From the IMG/VR virus record IMGVR_UViG_3300032607_001821, positions 1 to 24,205 of that record: 24,205 nt of DNA. One strand, written 5' to 3'. A model generated the notes under the pieces. That model was not told where the DNA came from, did no database searches, and saw only the letters and a program-made list of their open reading frames with translations. This DNA is from a virus. Its lineage: Duplodnaviria > Caudoviricetes. This document shows, piece after piece, positions 7,473-16,711 of this stretch; position 1 is the first letter of the stretch, and each line of letters starts with the position of its first letter. The translations under genes and the position numbers were made by a program.

Positions 7473-8321
7473 CTAAGATTTTCTTGTGACTGCGCCTTTG
7501 ATGTCCAGCCAGTCATGCTTTGATCTAACTTCAATATTTTTATCCCACGCAGCCTTCATGATCTTTGCATCTATTCCAATCTCATCAAAGTAATTAATAA
7601 ATGCATTGATGTCTTTTGGAAAACACTTACCACCAAATCCCATCATGCCATCATGACCTGGAACATCAATATGCGAATTTCCAATACGACCGTCTAGAAG
7701 GAAACCATTTACAGCAGTTCTCCAATCTACACCAGTCACATCAGCTGCTTGCTTCATTTCATTCATGAATGAGACTTTTGTTGCAAAAAAGCAATTGCTC
7801 ATGTACTTAATGAATTGTGCAGTCGTTACATCTGTCTTGATGATAGGTGTATGCGGGAATCTGTCTCGGAACATTAGCTCAGCTCTATTGACAAGATCAT
7901 CACGACCGCCGATGATGATCCTTGCTGCGTTGATGAAGTCGAGCTTTGCATTTCGCTCAGTCAAGAATTCTGGGCTGAAGACGATATTAAGACCTGGGTA
8001 AGACTCTACTAACTTTTCTACAGACCCAGGAATCACTGTTGACTTAATGATAAAGATATTGTCATCTCGCTTATTGACCTTAGAGACTCTATCAAATACA
8101 CTCTCAATAATTGAGAGGTCGATCTTGCCAGTCTCCAGCGACATTGGTGTGGGAACACAGACAAAAACAAACTCAGACTCATTGATTGTCTCTTCAAATG
8201 AGTCGATTGATGCCTTTGGATTCTCATCATAGACTCTTACATTTGCATGCAATGAAAATCCTGCGACAGTTGCAGAACCTACGAAACCATTTCCTATGAT
8301 GCCTAAATTGTACTTTGTCAT
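7473..8321 (-). CDS. ugd: UDP-glucose/GDP-mannose 6-dehydrogenase family protein, short form lacking the C-terminal domain
   Basis: GIIGNGFVG Rossmann motif, VCVPTP, IKSTVIPG, SPEFLTE, KYMSNCFFATKVSFMNE and catalytic GFGGKCFPKD; only 282 aa. Confidence 0.88.
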   Translation of the reverse strand: MTKYNLGIIGNGFVGSATVAGFSLHANVRVYDENPKASIDSFEETINESEFVFVCVPTPMSLETGKIDLSIIESVFDRVSKVNKRDDNIFIIKSTVIPGSVEKLVESYPGLNIVFSPEFLTERNAKLDFINAARIIIGGRDDLVNRAELMFRDRFPHTPIIKTDVTTAQFIKYMSNCFFATKVSFMNEMKQAADVTGVDWRTAVNGFLLDGRIGNSHIDVPGHDGMMGFGGKCFPKDINAFINYFDEIGIDAKIMKAAWDKNIEVRSKHDWLDIKGAVTRKS

Positions 8322-9220
8322 GAATTCTCCACTGTTTCCTTTAATGCTGTATTAAAATTAGTAAATTCCATTTCAATAAGCCAATTGATCTTTCGACTGG
8401 TTATCCAGTACATTTTATCATGCCCAGGCCTGTCTTTGACGTAAGTTTTTAGATTGGTGTCACAATTCATTAATCCAAGTATGTGATCAACAATATCATT
8501 GTTTGTGAAAACATTGCTATCACTAATATTGTAGACGCCATCTAGGCATTCTGTTGCGATCTTGTAGATGATTTTTGCTGTGTCTTTAACATATGTCCAT
8601 TGACGTTTTTGACTTCCATCACCGTAGATCGGAATATTGCTTCTTTCTCTCACAGATTTGACAATCTTGGGAATGAACTTTTCACTATGCTGTCGCTGAC
8701 CAAAATTATTTGATGGTCGTACAATCTTGCATTTAATTCCATAGGTGTTCACATATGAGAAGATCAAGTGATCTGCAGCAGCTTTTGTTGCTGCATATGG
8801 ATTCTTAGGATTCAGTGGTGTTAATTCATCAAATGGAATATGAGATGCAGGCCCATAGACTTCATCTGTCGACAAGTGTATAAGCTCAATGTTGTGTTCT
8901 CTACAGACATTCAAGATTGATAGCACACCCTTGATGTTTGTCCTAACAAATGATGATGCATCGCTGATCGAATTATCGACGTGAGTCTCAGCAGCGAAAT
9001 TCACAATCTTGTCAATATTATGTATTTTTACAATTTTTTCTAATATCACAGTCTCATTGATGTCAAGGTGGTAGAACGTGCATTTATTTAGATCAATATT
9101 ACCGATATTACCGGCATATGTGAGTCTATCAACGACGACAATATTATGACCATGACGAATAAATTCATCAAATGCATGACTTCCAATAAATCCACACGCA
9201 CCTGTCAATAAGAAATTCAT
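8318..9220 (-). CDS. rmlB: dTDP-glucose 4,6-dehydratase
   Basis: TGACGFIGS, DRLTYAGN, NFAAETHVDNSI, STDEVYG, PYAATKAAAD, QHSEKFIP, DRPGHD. Confidence 0.93.
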   Translation of the reverse strand: MNFLLTGACGFIGSHAFDEFIRHGHNIVVVDRLTYAGNIGNIDLNKCTFYHLDINETVILEKIVKIHNIDKIVNFAAETHVDNSISDASSFVRTNIKGVLSILNVCREHNIELIHLSTDEVYGPASHIPFDELTPLNPKNPYAATKAAADHLIFSYVNTYGIKCKIVRPSNNFGQRQHSEKFIPKIVKSVRERSNIPIYGDGSQKRQWTYVKDTAKIIYKIATECLDGVYNISDSNVFTNNDIVDHILGLMNCDTNLKTYVKDRPGHDKMYWITSRKINWLIEMEFTNFNTALKETVENS

Positions 9221-9942
9221 TTATTATTCATCCCAAGCACTAATGAGAATGCTTTTTCATATGATTCAAATGTTCCTGCGTCAATCCACCAACCCGATTC
9301 TATTGTATACGTTGACGTCTTATTTTCAATGAACATGTTATTGATGTCTGTTATCTCTAGCTCATTTCTCTTTGATTTTTCGATGGAACTAATCATTGAA
9401 AATACTGAGCTATCAAACATGTAGAAACCTGTGCATGCCAAGTCACTGGGTGGCTTTATAGGCTTCTCGATGACCTTAACAAGATCATTTCCACTGAATA
9501 TGCCTACACCAAATCTCTCTGGATCTGTAACTTTGCTAAACAGCAGTTGGCATCGGATTGCATTGTCACGTGACATAAACTTCTCAACATGCACCTTAAG
9601 GCTGTGTTCAAAGATATTGTCACCGAGAAGCACTGCTATATCACTCTCACCGGCATAGGATTCACATAGGCGTAATGCACCAGCAATTCCATCAGGACTA
9701 TCTTGAATGCGATATGTGATCTCACAATCAAAGTCTTTACCAGATCCTGCAATACTTGCTATTTGACCAACATGTGGAAAGCTTGTAATAATAAGAATGT
9801 CATTTATTCCGGCACTAACAAGATTCTCAATAGCATATTGAATCATTGGCTTTCTACCCACAGGTAGAATATGCTTATTGAAAACATTAGTGAGAGGAGA
9901 TAGTCTGCTTCCTGTTCCGCCAGCGAGGATAATGCCCTTCAT
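9217..9942 (-). CDS. rmlA: Glucose-1-phosphate thymidylyltransferase (short RmlA/SpsI type)
   Basis: MKGIILAGGTGSRLSPLT, NKHILPV, LGDNIF, IEKP, ELEITD, WWIDAGTFES. The start was moved from 9999 to ATG 9942, 1 nt after the upstream stop. Confidence 0.93.
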   Translation of the reverse strand: MKGIILAGGTGSRLSPLTNVFNKHILPVGRKPMIQYAIENLVSAGINDILIITSFPHVGQIASIAGSGKDFDCEITYRIQDSPDGIAGALRLCESYAGESDIAVLLGDNIFEHSLKVHVEKFMSRDNAIRCQLLFSKVTDPERFGVGIFSGNDLVKVIEKPIKPPSDLACTGFYMFDSSVFSMISSIEKSKRNELEITDINNMFIENKTSTYTIESGWWIDAGTFESYEKAFSLVLGMNNK

Positions 9943-9943
9943 T

Positions 9944-10816
9944 TTAGAGCTTGTGCCCAAAATTATCATAACCCCAGAAATCAGGAGTGAGCTTTTCAAT
10001 CTTGTCTAGAATGAATATAGGATGTTTGATATTAGAAGCACTGTTGCTTGCAGCTTTCTTCTTCCTGTATCTAACATAGTCATCTATTACCTGATCATCT
10101 GTCATCCTGCTAATTGTGTTATCAAGACCCGTCGTATGCTCATAAGCATCAGCTGTCTTTCGCCAGAATTCAATAATTCTGTGTCGATTGAAAAAAGTAG
10201 CATCATAATTGATTGGCATATACTGCATATCAGCAACAATATAATGACAGTAATTTCCACTAATCTCTGCTCTACACCAGTTTCTAGGATCTTTGCTAAC
10301 ACTGTAATCTTTCTTATTGTTCCTAAGAAGACTTGTATTGAATGCATAGATGTCTCTTGAGGCATTATTTAAGATAAATTTACTTTTATTGATTACGTCA
10401 ATTCGCGGAAATGAGACAAGATGATATTCATCTTTTAAGTTTTCAAGTAAATTCCTGACACCTTTTGCGTCCTGAAATACATTGTCGCTGTCGCATTTCA
10501 AAAACCAGCCATCATTGATTTCATCAAGTACGTTTTGAATATTACATCTTATCTCATTGTACGTTTGCTCATGTTGATATGAGCAAGTTTCATTCATGAG
10601 TATTTTGATCTCGCATGTCAGCGAGAATTTCTCACGAAGCATGAGAAGTTTATCATAGCTTTCTTTTTCAAATTGTCTGTATCGAGGATTTCTTGATGCA
10701 GCAAAATTGACAATCACACAATCAGAGAAACTTGCAAGTGATGCAATGCTCTCTGCATAAGGATATTGCAGTCGCTGGGGCTCTGCAAGCATTAAAAAAG
10801 AAGTTATCTTTGTCAT
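9944..10816 (-). CDS. Putative glycosyltransferase, GT-A fold (GT2-like)
   Basis: YPYAESIASLASFSDCVIV N-terminal pattern and WFLKCDSDNVF (DxD motif); glycan-cluster context. Confidence 0.65.
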   Translation of the reverse strand: MTKITSFLMLAEPQRLQYPYAESIASLASFSDCVIVNFAASRNPRYRQFEKESYDKLLMLREKFSLTCEIKILMNETCSYQHEQTYNEIRCNIQNVLDEINDGWFLKCDSDNVFQDAKGVRNLLENLKDEYHLVSFPRIDVINKSKFILNNASRDIYAFNTSLLRNNKKDYSVSKDPRNWCRAEISGNYCHYIVADMQYMPINYDATFFNRHRIIEFWRKTADAYEHTTGLDNTISRMTDDQVIDDYVRYRKKKAASNSASNIKHPIFILDKIEKLTPDFWGYDNFGHKL

Positions 10817-11628
10817 TAAATTCCGCTGAGTGTCTTCTTAATATACGCGTTATCAGGTACATTTACTAAATTTCTATCGACAATTCTAACATACGCACAT
10901 GGAAATGAACGATCAATGAATGACTTTTCAAACATATTATCGAATCTATTACTGACTGCAATCCTTGCAGAATCACCTGCAAGTTTAGTTCTATGAATTA
11001 AGAATGTTGAGAAGATGACCACATCACCTGGATTGCACACGACATCGACGTATCTCATTTCCTCATCATTTGTTAGTGTTATTTGACTGACATTGCTTTT
11101 AGCAGAGCATTCACGAAGTCCTTCTGTATGTGATCCAGGAATTATCTGAACTGGGTGTGCATTCTCATTCACATTTGTCAATGGAATCCACACAATTAAC
11201 GAGTCAATGCTTCCTTGGATTGACGGCCAATCTTGATGACTCGTTGTAGCAACCTTTTCTATTCCGTCATCGCTTAGCTTTTCTGAGACGATATGTGTGA
11301 CTGGCGTTGTAGGTGTCGAAGGCTCAACCACGCCAAGATCTTCTATAACACCTAGAATTTTCTCATTTAGGAAGAGTATTTGTACCTTGACTGACTTTGC
11401 AAATGTCCTGAGGTATGCTCGGTACTGTTCTGATGATTTTTGAAATGCCGACGTGAGACTTTCAATTAGTTCTATTGTGTCTTGACCCGAGATCTTGTCC
11501 ATCCCGTATTTCAACGTAGCATTACATGCTATAATATCTTGTGGATCTAGCAAACCTCTGATAATGATGACACCGTTCTTTTTGAATAATTCCTTTGCGT
11601 TGATTCGATCGTACACGTTTAGATCCAT
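10816..11628 (-). CDS. Phytanoyl-CoA dioxygenase (PhyH) family 2OG-Fe(II) oxygenase
   Basis: FKKNGVIIIRGLL, HQDW (HxD), VWIPL, IPGSH, PGDVVIFSTFLIHRT, and a distal R in ARIAVSNRF. Confidence 0.9.
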   Translation of the reverse strand: MDLNVYDRINAKELFKKNGVIIIRGLLDPQDIIACNATLKYGMDKISGQDTIELIESLTSAFQKSSEQYRAYLRTFAKSVKVQILFLNEKILGVIEDLGVVEPSTPTTPVTHIVSEKLSDDGIEKVATTSHQDWPSIQGSIDSLIVWIPLTNVNENAHPVQIIPGSHTEGLRECSAKSNVSQITLTNDEEMRYVDVVCNPGDVVIFSTFLIHRTKLAGDSARIAVSNRFDNMFEKSFIDRSFPCAYVRIVDRNLVNVPDNAYIKKTLSGI

Positions 11629-12530
11629 ATTGCAAGACCTATCCCTGTGTTTCCAAAACCATTTCCATTGTACAACATATAACGATTTCCTCTATCACTG
11701 AAGACGCATGGATATTCTACCATCAAAGAATCCCAGCCGGTGTGAGAGACATCCAGCGAAATACCTGTGTCTCTTGACCAATTGATACCATCAGATGATC
11801 TTGCGCTTAAGATTCGATAAGAATTCGCAGGATTTTGCCTGAAGTCTTTTGTTTTTCTTGATGAGAACCACATGAGATACTCCTCACCGTCCTTGATGAC
11901 AGAGGCTTGTGATAGACCCCCTTCATCTTTATTGTGATCTAGATCAATGCAAATATTTCCGGTTGGAATCCAGTCAATACCATCTAGTGATGTTGCATAC
12001 TTGATATTATAAATGGGTTCATACTTCCCATCATCTTCGACCCATCTTTCACATGAAAGATACCAGCCCACATAAAGATTCCTTTTTCTGTTGTGAAGGA
12101 TCGAAATGGTTCCTACATATCCTGGCTCACGCCACGACGTTGATAGAACAGGGCCTCGTGAGAATTTCTGGTATGTCTTGCCAGCATCTTTGCTGATCAT
12201 GAGTCCGAGATTATTATGATAAGGAACGTCTGACCTGACTGACCACCCGATGTAGTACAGGTACTTCGTCATCTGATCGATGTCGACTAGGGCCGTTGGC
12301 ATAATTCCTGCCCAGTCAAATGATCCTCTATCACCAAGTTCTACATTGACTCGCGTAGGTTGTGTGATGATTATGCTTGGATTGTATCTACACACTTCTA
12401 CGTAGTAAGGATGACTTTTTCCTTCAATTCTAGTTGAATAGAATATTCTCCATCGATCTTCTTGGATATCGATGACAGGAACCTGTGCATGATGACCGCT
12501 AAAGATATTTCCTAATTTTGACCAGCTCAT
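11619..12530 (-). CDS. Five-bladed beta-propeller glycoside-hydrolase-like protein (GH32/43/130-like fold) of the type found in polysaccharide clusters
   Basis: WSKLGNIF, YLYYIGW, repeated Asp-box-like SKDAGKTY / SLDGIDW / SSDGINW, and YMLYNGNGFGNTGIGLA. The start was moved to ATG 12530. Confidence 0.75.
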   Translation of the reverse strand: MSWSKLGNIFSGHHAQVPVIDIQEDRWRIFYSTRIEGKSHPYYVEVCRYNPSIIITQPTRVNVELGDRGSFDWAGIMPTALVDIDQMTKYLYYIGWSVRSDVPYHNNLGLMISKDAGKTYQKFSRGPVLSTSWREPGYVGTISILHNRKRNLYVGWYLSCERWVEDDGKYEPIYNIKYATSLDGIDWIPTGNICIDLDHNKDEGGLSQASVIKDGEEYLMWFSSRKTKDFRQNPANSYRILSARSSDGINWSRDTGISLDVSHTGWDSLMVEYPCVFSDRGNRYMLYNGNGFGNTGIGLAIWI

Positions 12531-12532
12531 TA

Positions 12533-13147
12533 TTACTTCTTGTTTAAGATCCAACACATGCTAGGAGACACTTCGACATCAAAATCGTTGCGATTAGCAT
12601 AATCGTGGACAGCTTTTCTAACAGTATCCCAGCCGTAATCATCTCCTATGATCTTCGCATCAGGCCAATTTCTTAGAGAATCACTTATGTCGGCATAGAC
12701 ATTTTCATAACTGTGCGATGCATCAATATAGACAACATCCATCTGTATGTCAAATTCACCTAATGCCTTAAGACCTTCATTTGTGTACATTCTGATAGGA
12801 TGTAATCTCTCACGATAATCCCAACAATTTGCTAGAAATTGATTCCAGAGAGTTGAGATTTTTTCTATTCCAGGATCGCTAGGGAGCGCTTTTTCACCAT
12901 TACCATAATCTTTAATATCATCTGACCAATGATCAATTGAGTAAAGGTGACAATTAGGTGAACAATTAAGTATAAATCTTGTCGACGATCCTAACCATGA
13001 TCCTAACTCACAGACATTTTTTACATCTTTTGTGAAGATCTTCTCAAAGACGATCTCATGACAAAACCATCCATGTAAATCAAAAGCTAAGTCCGGTTTC
13101 TCGCCAGGCCAGATATTTGGCAGAGTATTGATGTCAAGTTTCATCAT
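12533..13147 (-). CDS. Class I SAM-dependent methyltransferase (Methyltransf_24-like)
   Basis: CELGSWLGSST, SIDHW, DVVYIDASHSYENVYADI, GDDY. The start was moved to ATG 13147 (or 13144). Confidence 0.88.
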   Translation of the reverse strand: MMKLDINTLPNIWPGEKPDLAFDLHGWFCHEIVFEKIFTKDVKNVCELGSWLGSSTRFILNCSPNCHLYSIDHWSDDIKDYGNGEKALPSDPGIEKISTLWNQFLANCWDYRERLHPIRMYTNEGLKALGEFDIQMDVVYIDASHSYENVYADISDSLRNWPDAKIIGDDYGWDTVRKAVHDYANRNDFDVEVSPSMCWILNKK

Positions 13148-13154
13148 ATTAACC

Positions 13155-13742
13155 TTAAGAAATCTTCTGTATGAACCATGTCTCACCGTTTACATTTAGG
13201 ACACTATCCACTTTTTTGAGTATCACGATATTCTGTCTTTGCGCTAGATAATTTGTAACACTTTCCCGCGTAAATGAACAAATGTCTGTTATGCTGGTGA
13301 CAGTACCATAATTCATTCCAAGCATCAAGATACCGCTGGGCTTAAGCACCCGAATCCATTCTTTAAATGTCGATGTGGGATCGTAACTGTGGTCGATACT
13401 ATTGGAATAGATCAAATCCCATTTGCAATTCCAATCTTTCGGAAATTTTGTAAAATCCATAATGAAATCGGCACTTGACTCTGGGCCGATGTCAAGGGAG
13501 TGAACATTGACTTCCGGCAATTCAGCGGCAAAGGTGTCTCGCTCGTGATTATTCCTTGTGCCTAAGCAGACCATCTCATTCTCATTCAGTTCACGAAGTG
13601 AACGAAGTTCTACAGCAACTTTAACATATTCTCTGGCATCTTCTTCTTTGCCAGACTTAACAAGATGTCGTTTGATCTGAACTTCAGCGTAATTAACAGG
13701 CTTTAAATTATTGACAAAATTCTCTGTTTCTAATCTGATCAT
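13155..13742 (-). CDS. SAM-dependent methyltransferase (Methyltransf_11-like)
   Basis: VCLGTRN, SLDI, MDF, WDLIYSNSIDHSYDP...EWIRVLKPSGILML. Confidence 0.8.
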   Translation of the reverse strand: MIRLETENFVNNLKPVNYAEVQIKRHLVKSGKEEDAREYVKVAVELRSLRELNENEMVCLGTRNNHERDTFAAELPEVNVHSLDIGPESSADFIMDFTKFPKDWNCKWDLIYSNSIDHSYDPTSTFKEWIRVLKPSGILMLGMNYGTVTSITDICSFTRESVTNYLAQRQNIVILKKVDSVLNVNGETWFIQKIS

Positions 13743-13753
13743 ATTTCTTCCAT

Positions 13754-14422
13754 TTAGTAAGCTTCAATAGATGATTTGATTTGTTTCTTTGCAGGTGATC
13801 CCATATAGAAACCAAAATCATCTGTGTCCTTTGTAACCAGCGAACCCATCGCAATCAATGAAGATTCACCTATTACCGTTGTATCTCTGATTGTTGTATT
13901 AACACCGAACCAGCTGCTGTCTTTCACATGGCAATGTCCTGATAGGACTACATGTGATGTGAAGAAGACATGGTCACCTATCTTGCTATGGTGACCTATG
14001 TGATTTCCACTCCAAAGTACGACATTGCTACCAATCTCGACGAAGGGTTGTATCGTGTTATCTTCAAGAATGAAACAATTGTCACCTATTTTCTCTGTGA
14101 AGACAGATGACTTTGAGCTCACATATGAGATCATCTCATAGCCTTTCTTCTTGATCTGCTCATAGATCGCTTTTCTAATAGAATTCATCTTGACACCCGT
14201 CATGGGTGCAAAGAATTTAACTGTATTGGGAGCATACAGCGATTCTATTGTTTCAAATGAAAAGACTGGCAAATTTTCAAACGTAGCTTGAGATCTGTAG
14301 CTTTCATTGATAACAAAACCGATGACGTTATATCGATCTTTATATGCGGGATCATTTTCAAGATAGAACTTTGCTAGTTGTGCTGTGTCTTTGACGCCAA
14401 AGATGAGGATCTGTTCTTTCAT
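13754..14422 (-). CDS. Sugar acyltransferase, NeuD/PglD family (left-handed beta-helix)
   Basis: N-terminal ILIFG Rossmann-like domain; hexapeptide repeats KIGDNCFILEDNTIQPFVEIGSNVVLWSGNHIGHHSKIGDH; GSPAK. Confidence 0.9.
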   Translation of the reverse strand: MKEQILIFGVKDTAQLAKFYLENDPAYKDRYNVIGFVINESYRSQATFENLPVFSFETIESLYAPNTVKFFAPMTGVKMNSIRKAIYEQIKKKGYEMISYVSSKSSVFTEKIGDNCFILEDNTIQPFVEIGSNVVLWSGNHIGHHSKIGDHVFFTSHVVLSGHCHVKDSSWFGVNTTIRDTTVIGESSLIAMGSLVTKDTDDFGFYMGSPAKKQIKSSIEAY

Positions 14423-15078
14423 AGAAGCGAATACTCCTGTAGATATTTCTTACTCAACTTACCATTATTCATTAAGACATCGATGATTGACAACTTTGAT
14501 TCATAATTTGTCTTTAGAAAGCTTAATTTGATTCCTTCGAGCTCAAAGTGATCTTTTGAATAGAGCGCTTGCCCACCAATAGGATTGATGTATTCATCAG
14601 CACCGACTACCTTACAAATATCCAAGATGCGTTGCTCTCTTGTTGTAACTATCTTCAGTTCGCTAGACAGCGCAAAGTTACAAGTGATGTCCAGATAGTT
14701 ACAGATATTCTTGATCGATGACGTCGTTATCTGTGTAAGAGAAGTCTGATTGTCCAGCGACAATTGGATCAGATCGATAACTTCGTTATAGAATCTGTGA
14801 TTTTTATACGCGAACTCCAGCGTCTTATAGAAATCTTTCTTCCATTCGCTGTAAGTCAATGAGACACTATGTTCATTAATCTTCTTATTCAATGATGCAT
14901 TTGCAATGGGTATAGTGAACATATTTTCTGCATTATTGACGATGATATTGTTCCTGTTAATCCAGCCGCGTTTGATGTAATTGACATCGTCTAGAAACAC
15001 GAAATGATCAACAGCTGACACGAGCTGGTAGTAACCCATGTAAGGAAAAGCATAGGGTTGCATGATCCCTAACTTCAT
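14419..15078 (-). CDS. wbqC: WbqC family protein (proposed aminoacyl/glycyl transferase)
   Basis: MQPYAFPYMGYYQL, FVFLDDVNYIKRGWINRN, YINPIGGQALY, LSIIDVLMN. Confidence 0.92.
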   Translation of the reverse strand: MKLGIMQPYAFPYMGYYQLVSAVDHFVFLDDVNYIKRGWINRNNIIVNNAENMFTIPIANASLNKKINEHSVSLTYSEWKKDFYKTLEFAYKNHRFYNEVIDLIQLSLDNQTSLTQITTSSIKNICNYLDITCNFALSSELKIVTTREQRILDICKVVGADEYINPIGGQALYSKDHFELEGIKLSFLKTNYESKLSIIDVLMNNGKLSKKYLQEYSLL

Positions 15079-16082
15079 TTCATTTTCTCAATGACATATA
15101 ACACTTGACTTTCTGTCAATTGATCGTGTAGCGGAAAGTTTATGATCCTCTTGAATAAGTTCATTGCGACAGGTGTCTCGCGCAATGGCCTGTAGTATTT
15201 ATTTGCTTCAATTCCAAGTTCTCGGAATTTTTCTTTATTGACTTCTTTTTCAAAGATGACGGGCAAATTTCCATAAATGACGTTACTGTCGTAGTTGAAC
15301 AGCTCAAATCTGCTTTGAAGCTTATCAACAAAAATACTCTGTAAATGCTGATGTTTAGAGAGATTATAGTGCCGCACATGACTTAGAATGTATGCCGCAG
15401 AGATCTCAGACATTTTGAAATTAGATGAAAGTGGATCAAATTCTCTTTCGTCGTTGAAACCAAAATTGCAGATCTTATTGATCTTATCGTAATGTTTTTG
15501 CTTGACAACGACAAAACCGCCTTCACCGACGCCCAGGTATTTTGTGTGATGCAGGCTGCCAAAACTTGCATCACCAAGATTCATTAGCCCGATTCCATTG
15601 TGAGTTCCTAGCGGTGAACTTGCATTATCAAATATGCAAATCTTTCTTTCAGACTTACACCGCGTTTGCCAGTAATCAACATCTGTCTTTGTTCCAAACA
15701 AGTTGGTGATAATGATTCCATCGACATTGTCAAGTGATGTCGATCTTGGAATAGTGTAAGTTTGTGGGTCAATATCAACAATGACTGCATCAAATCCTGC
15801 AACGCAAGGTGTAGGAAAAGTGTATGAAGGTGTCATCCAGCGCAGCTTTCTACCCAATATTTTCTCATAAAGATAGAATAGGGCATGAAGTGCAGTCGAT
15901 CCATTAGAGACACAGACGACTCTTTTGTCGTCTTGAATTTGAAGCAGTGATTCCAGCTCTTTTTCCAAGATCTTCTTGACAGGCCCGTCATTTGAGAATT
16001 TCTTATATTTCTGTGAAATTGAAAGATAGCTTTCAATCTCTGGGTAAGTGAATCGCTTCTGTGCAATGTAGTCTACGTTCAT
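15075..16082 (-). CDS. DegT/DnrJ/EryC1/StrS PLP-dependent sugar aminotransferase (VioA-like)
   Basis: VSNGSTAL, PSYTF, DNASS, SLHHTKYLGVGEGG (PLP lysine), NFKMSEISAA, FPLH. Confidence 0.88.
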   Translation of the reverse strand: MNVDYIAQKRFTYPEIESYLSISQKYKKFSNDGPVKKILEKELESLLQIQDDKRVVCVSNGSTALHALFYLYEKILGRKLRWMTPSYTFPTPCVAGFDAVIVDIDPQTYTIPRSTSLDNVDGIIITNLFGTKTDVDYWQTRCKSERKICIFDNASSPLGTHNGIGLMNLGDASFGSLHHTKYLGVGEGGFVVVKQKHYDKINKICNFGFNDEREFDPLSSNFKMSEISAAYILSHVRHYNLSKHQHLQSIFVDKLQSRFELFNYDSNVIYGNLPVIFEKEVNKEKFRELGIEANKYYRPLRETPVAMNLFKRIINFPLHDQLTESQVLYVIEKMK

Positions 16083-16711
16083 GCTTTCACAAATGTTGTT
16101 AGAATATAAAGTTGAGGAGCATCAGGCCATGATGTTAAGAATTTAACAGACTTTAGCATTGGGTGGTCTTCTATCAATGAAGGAACTTCACAATGAATTA
16201 TATCTGTGAGAGACGATCCTTTGTAGCCGTGGTTGTTAATAAGCTCGATAAATTCACGCACTGTTGGATCATCTGACCACTTGTCATTCCACATGCAAGA
16301 ATACAAAAAGTTTTTTTGGCCTGCGTAGACAGCATATTCGTGCTCATCATCGTCTTTCCAACCTACTCTAAATTTTGGAAATCGCCAATGATCACCTAAA
16401 CCCCAATCAATAAATAAATGCCCATCTGTGCAAAGTAGCTTCATACATCTGTCAATTAGGCTACGTGGATCTTTGCTAAAGTATGCGCATCTTGTGATGA
16501 CGACAAGATCATAAGAACACGCTTCAATGTTCCATACGTCAGAATTAATGTCCCAATTTCCTAGCTGGATGTCATACAACTTTATTTCTGCATTTGGATA
16601 TTTTTGATGCACAAATGAGTCTGATGTGCTACCTAAGATTGCTACACGTTTTGCATTCTCCGGTAGATTCTTGATGTACCACGGAAATACTAGCTCATTA
16701 GATTTTCCCAT
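16079..16711 (-). CDS. Putative class I SAM-dependent methyltransferase
   Basis: VAILGS, LYD, WDIN, YDLVVITRCAYF, KLLCTDGHLFID follow the Rossmann methyltransferase strand order; divergent. Confidence 0.55.
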   Translation of the reverse strand: MGKSNELVFPWYIKNLPENAKRVAILGSTSDSFVHQKYPNAEIKLYDIQLGNWDINSDVWNIEACSYDLVVITRCAYFSKDPRSLIDRCMKLLCTDGHLFIDWGLGDHWRFPKFRVGWKDDDEHEYAVYAGQKNFLYSCMWNDKWSDDPTVREFIELINNHGYKGSSLTDIIHCEVPSLIEDHPMLKSVKFLTSWPDAPQLYILTTFVKA

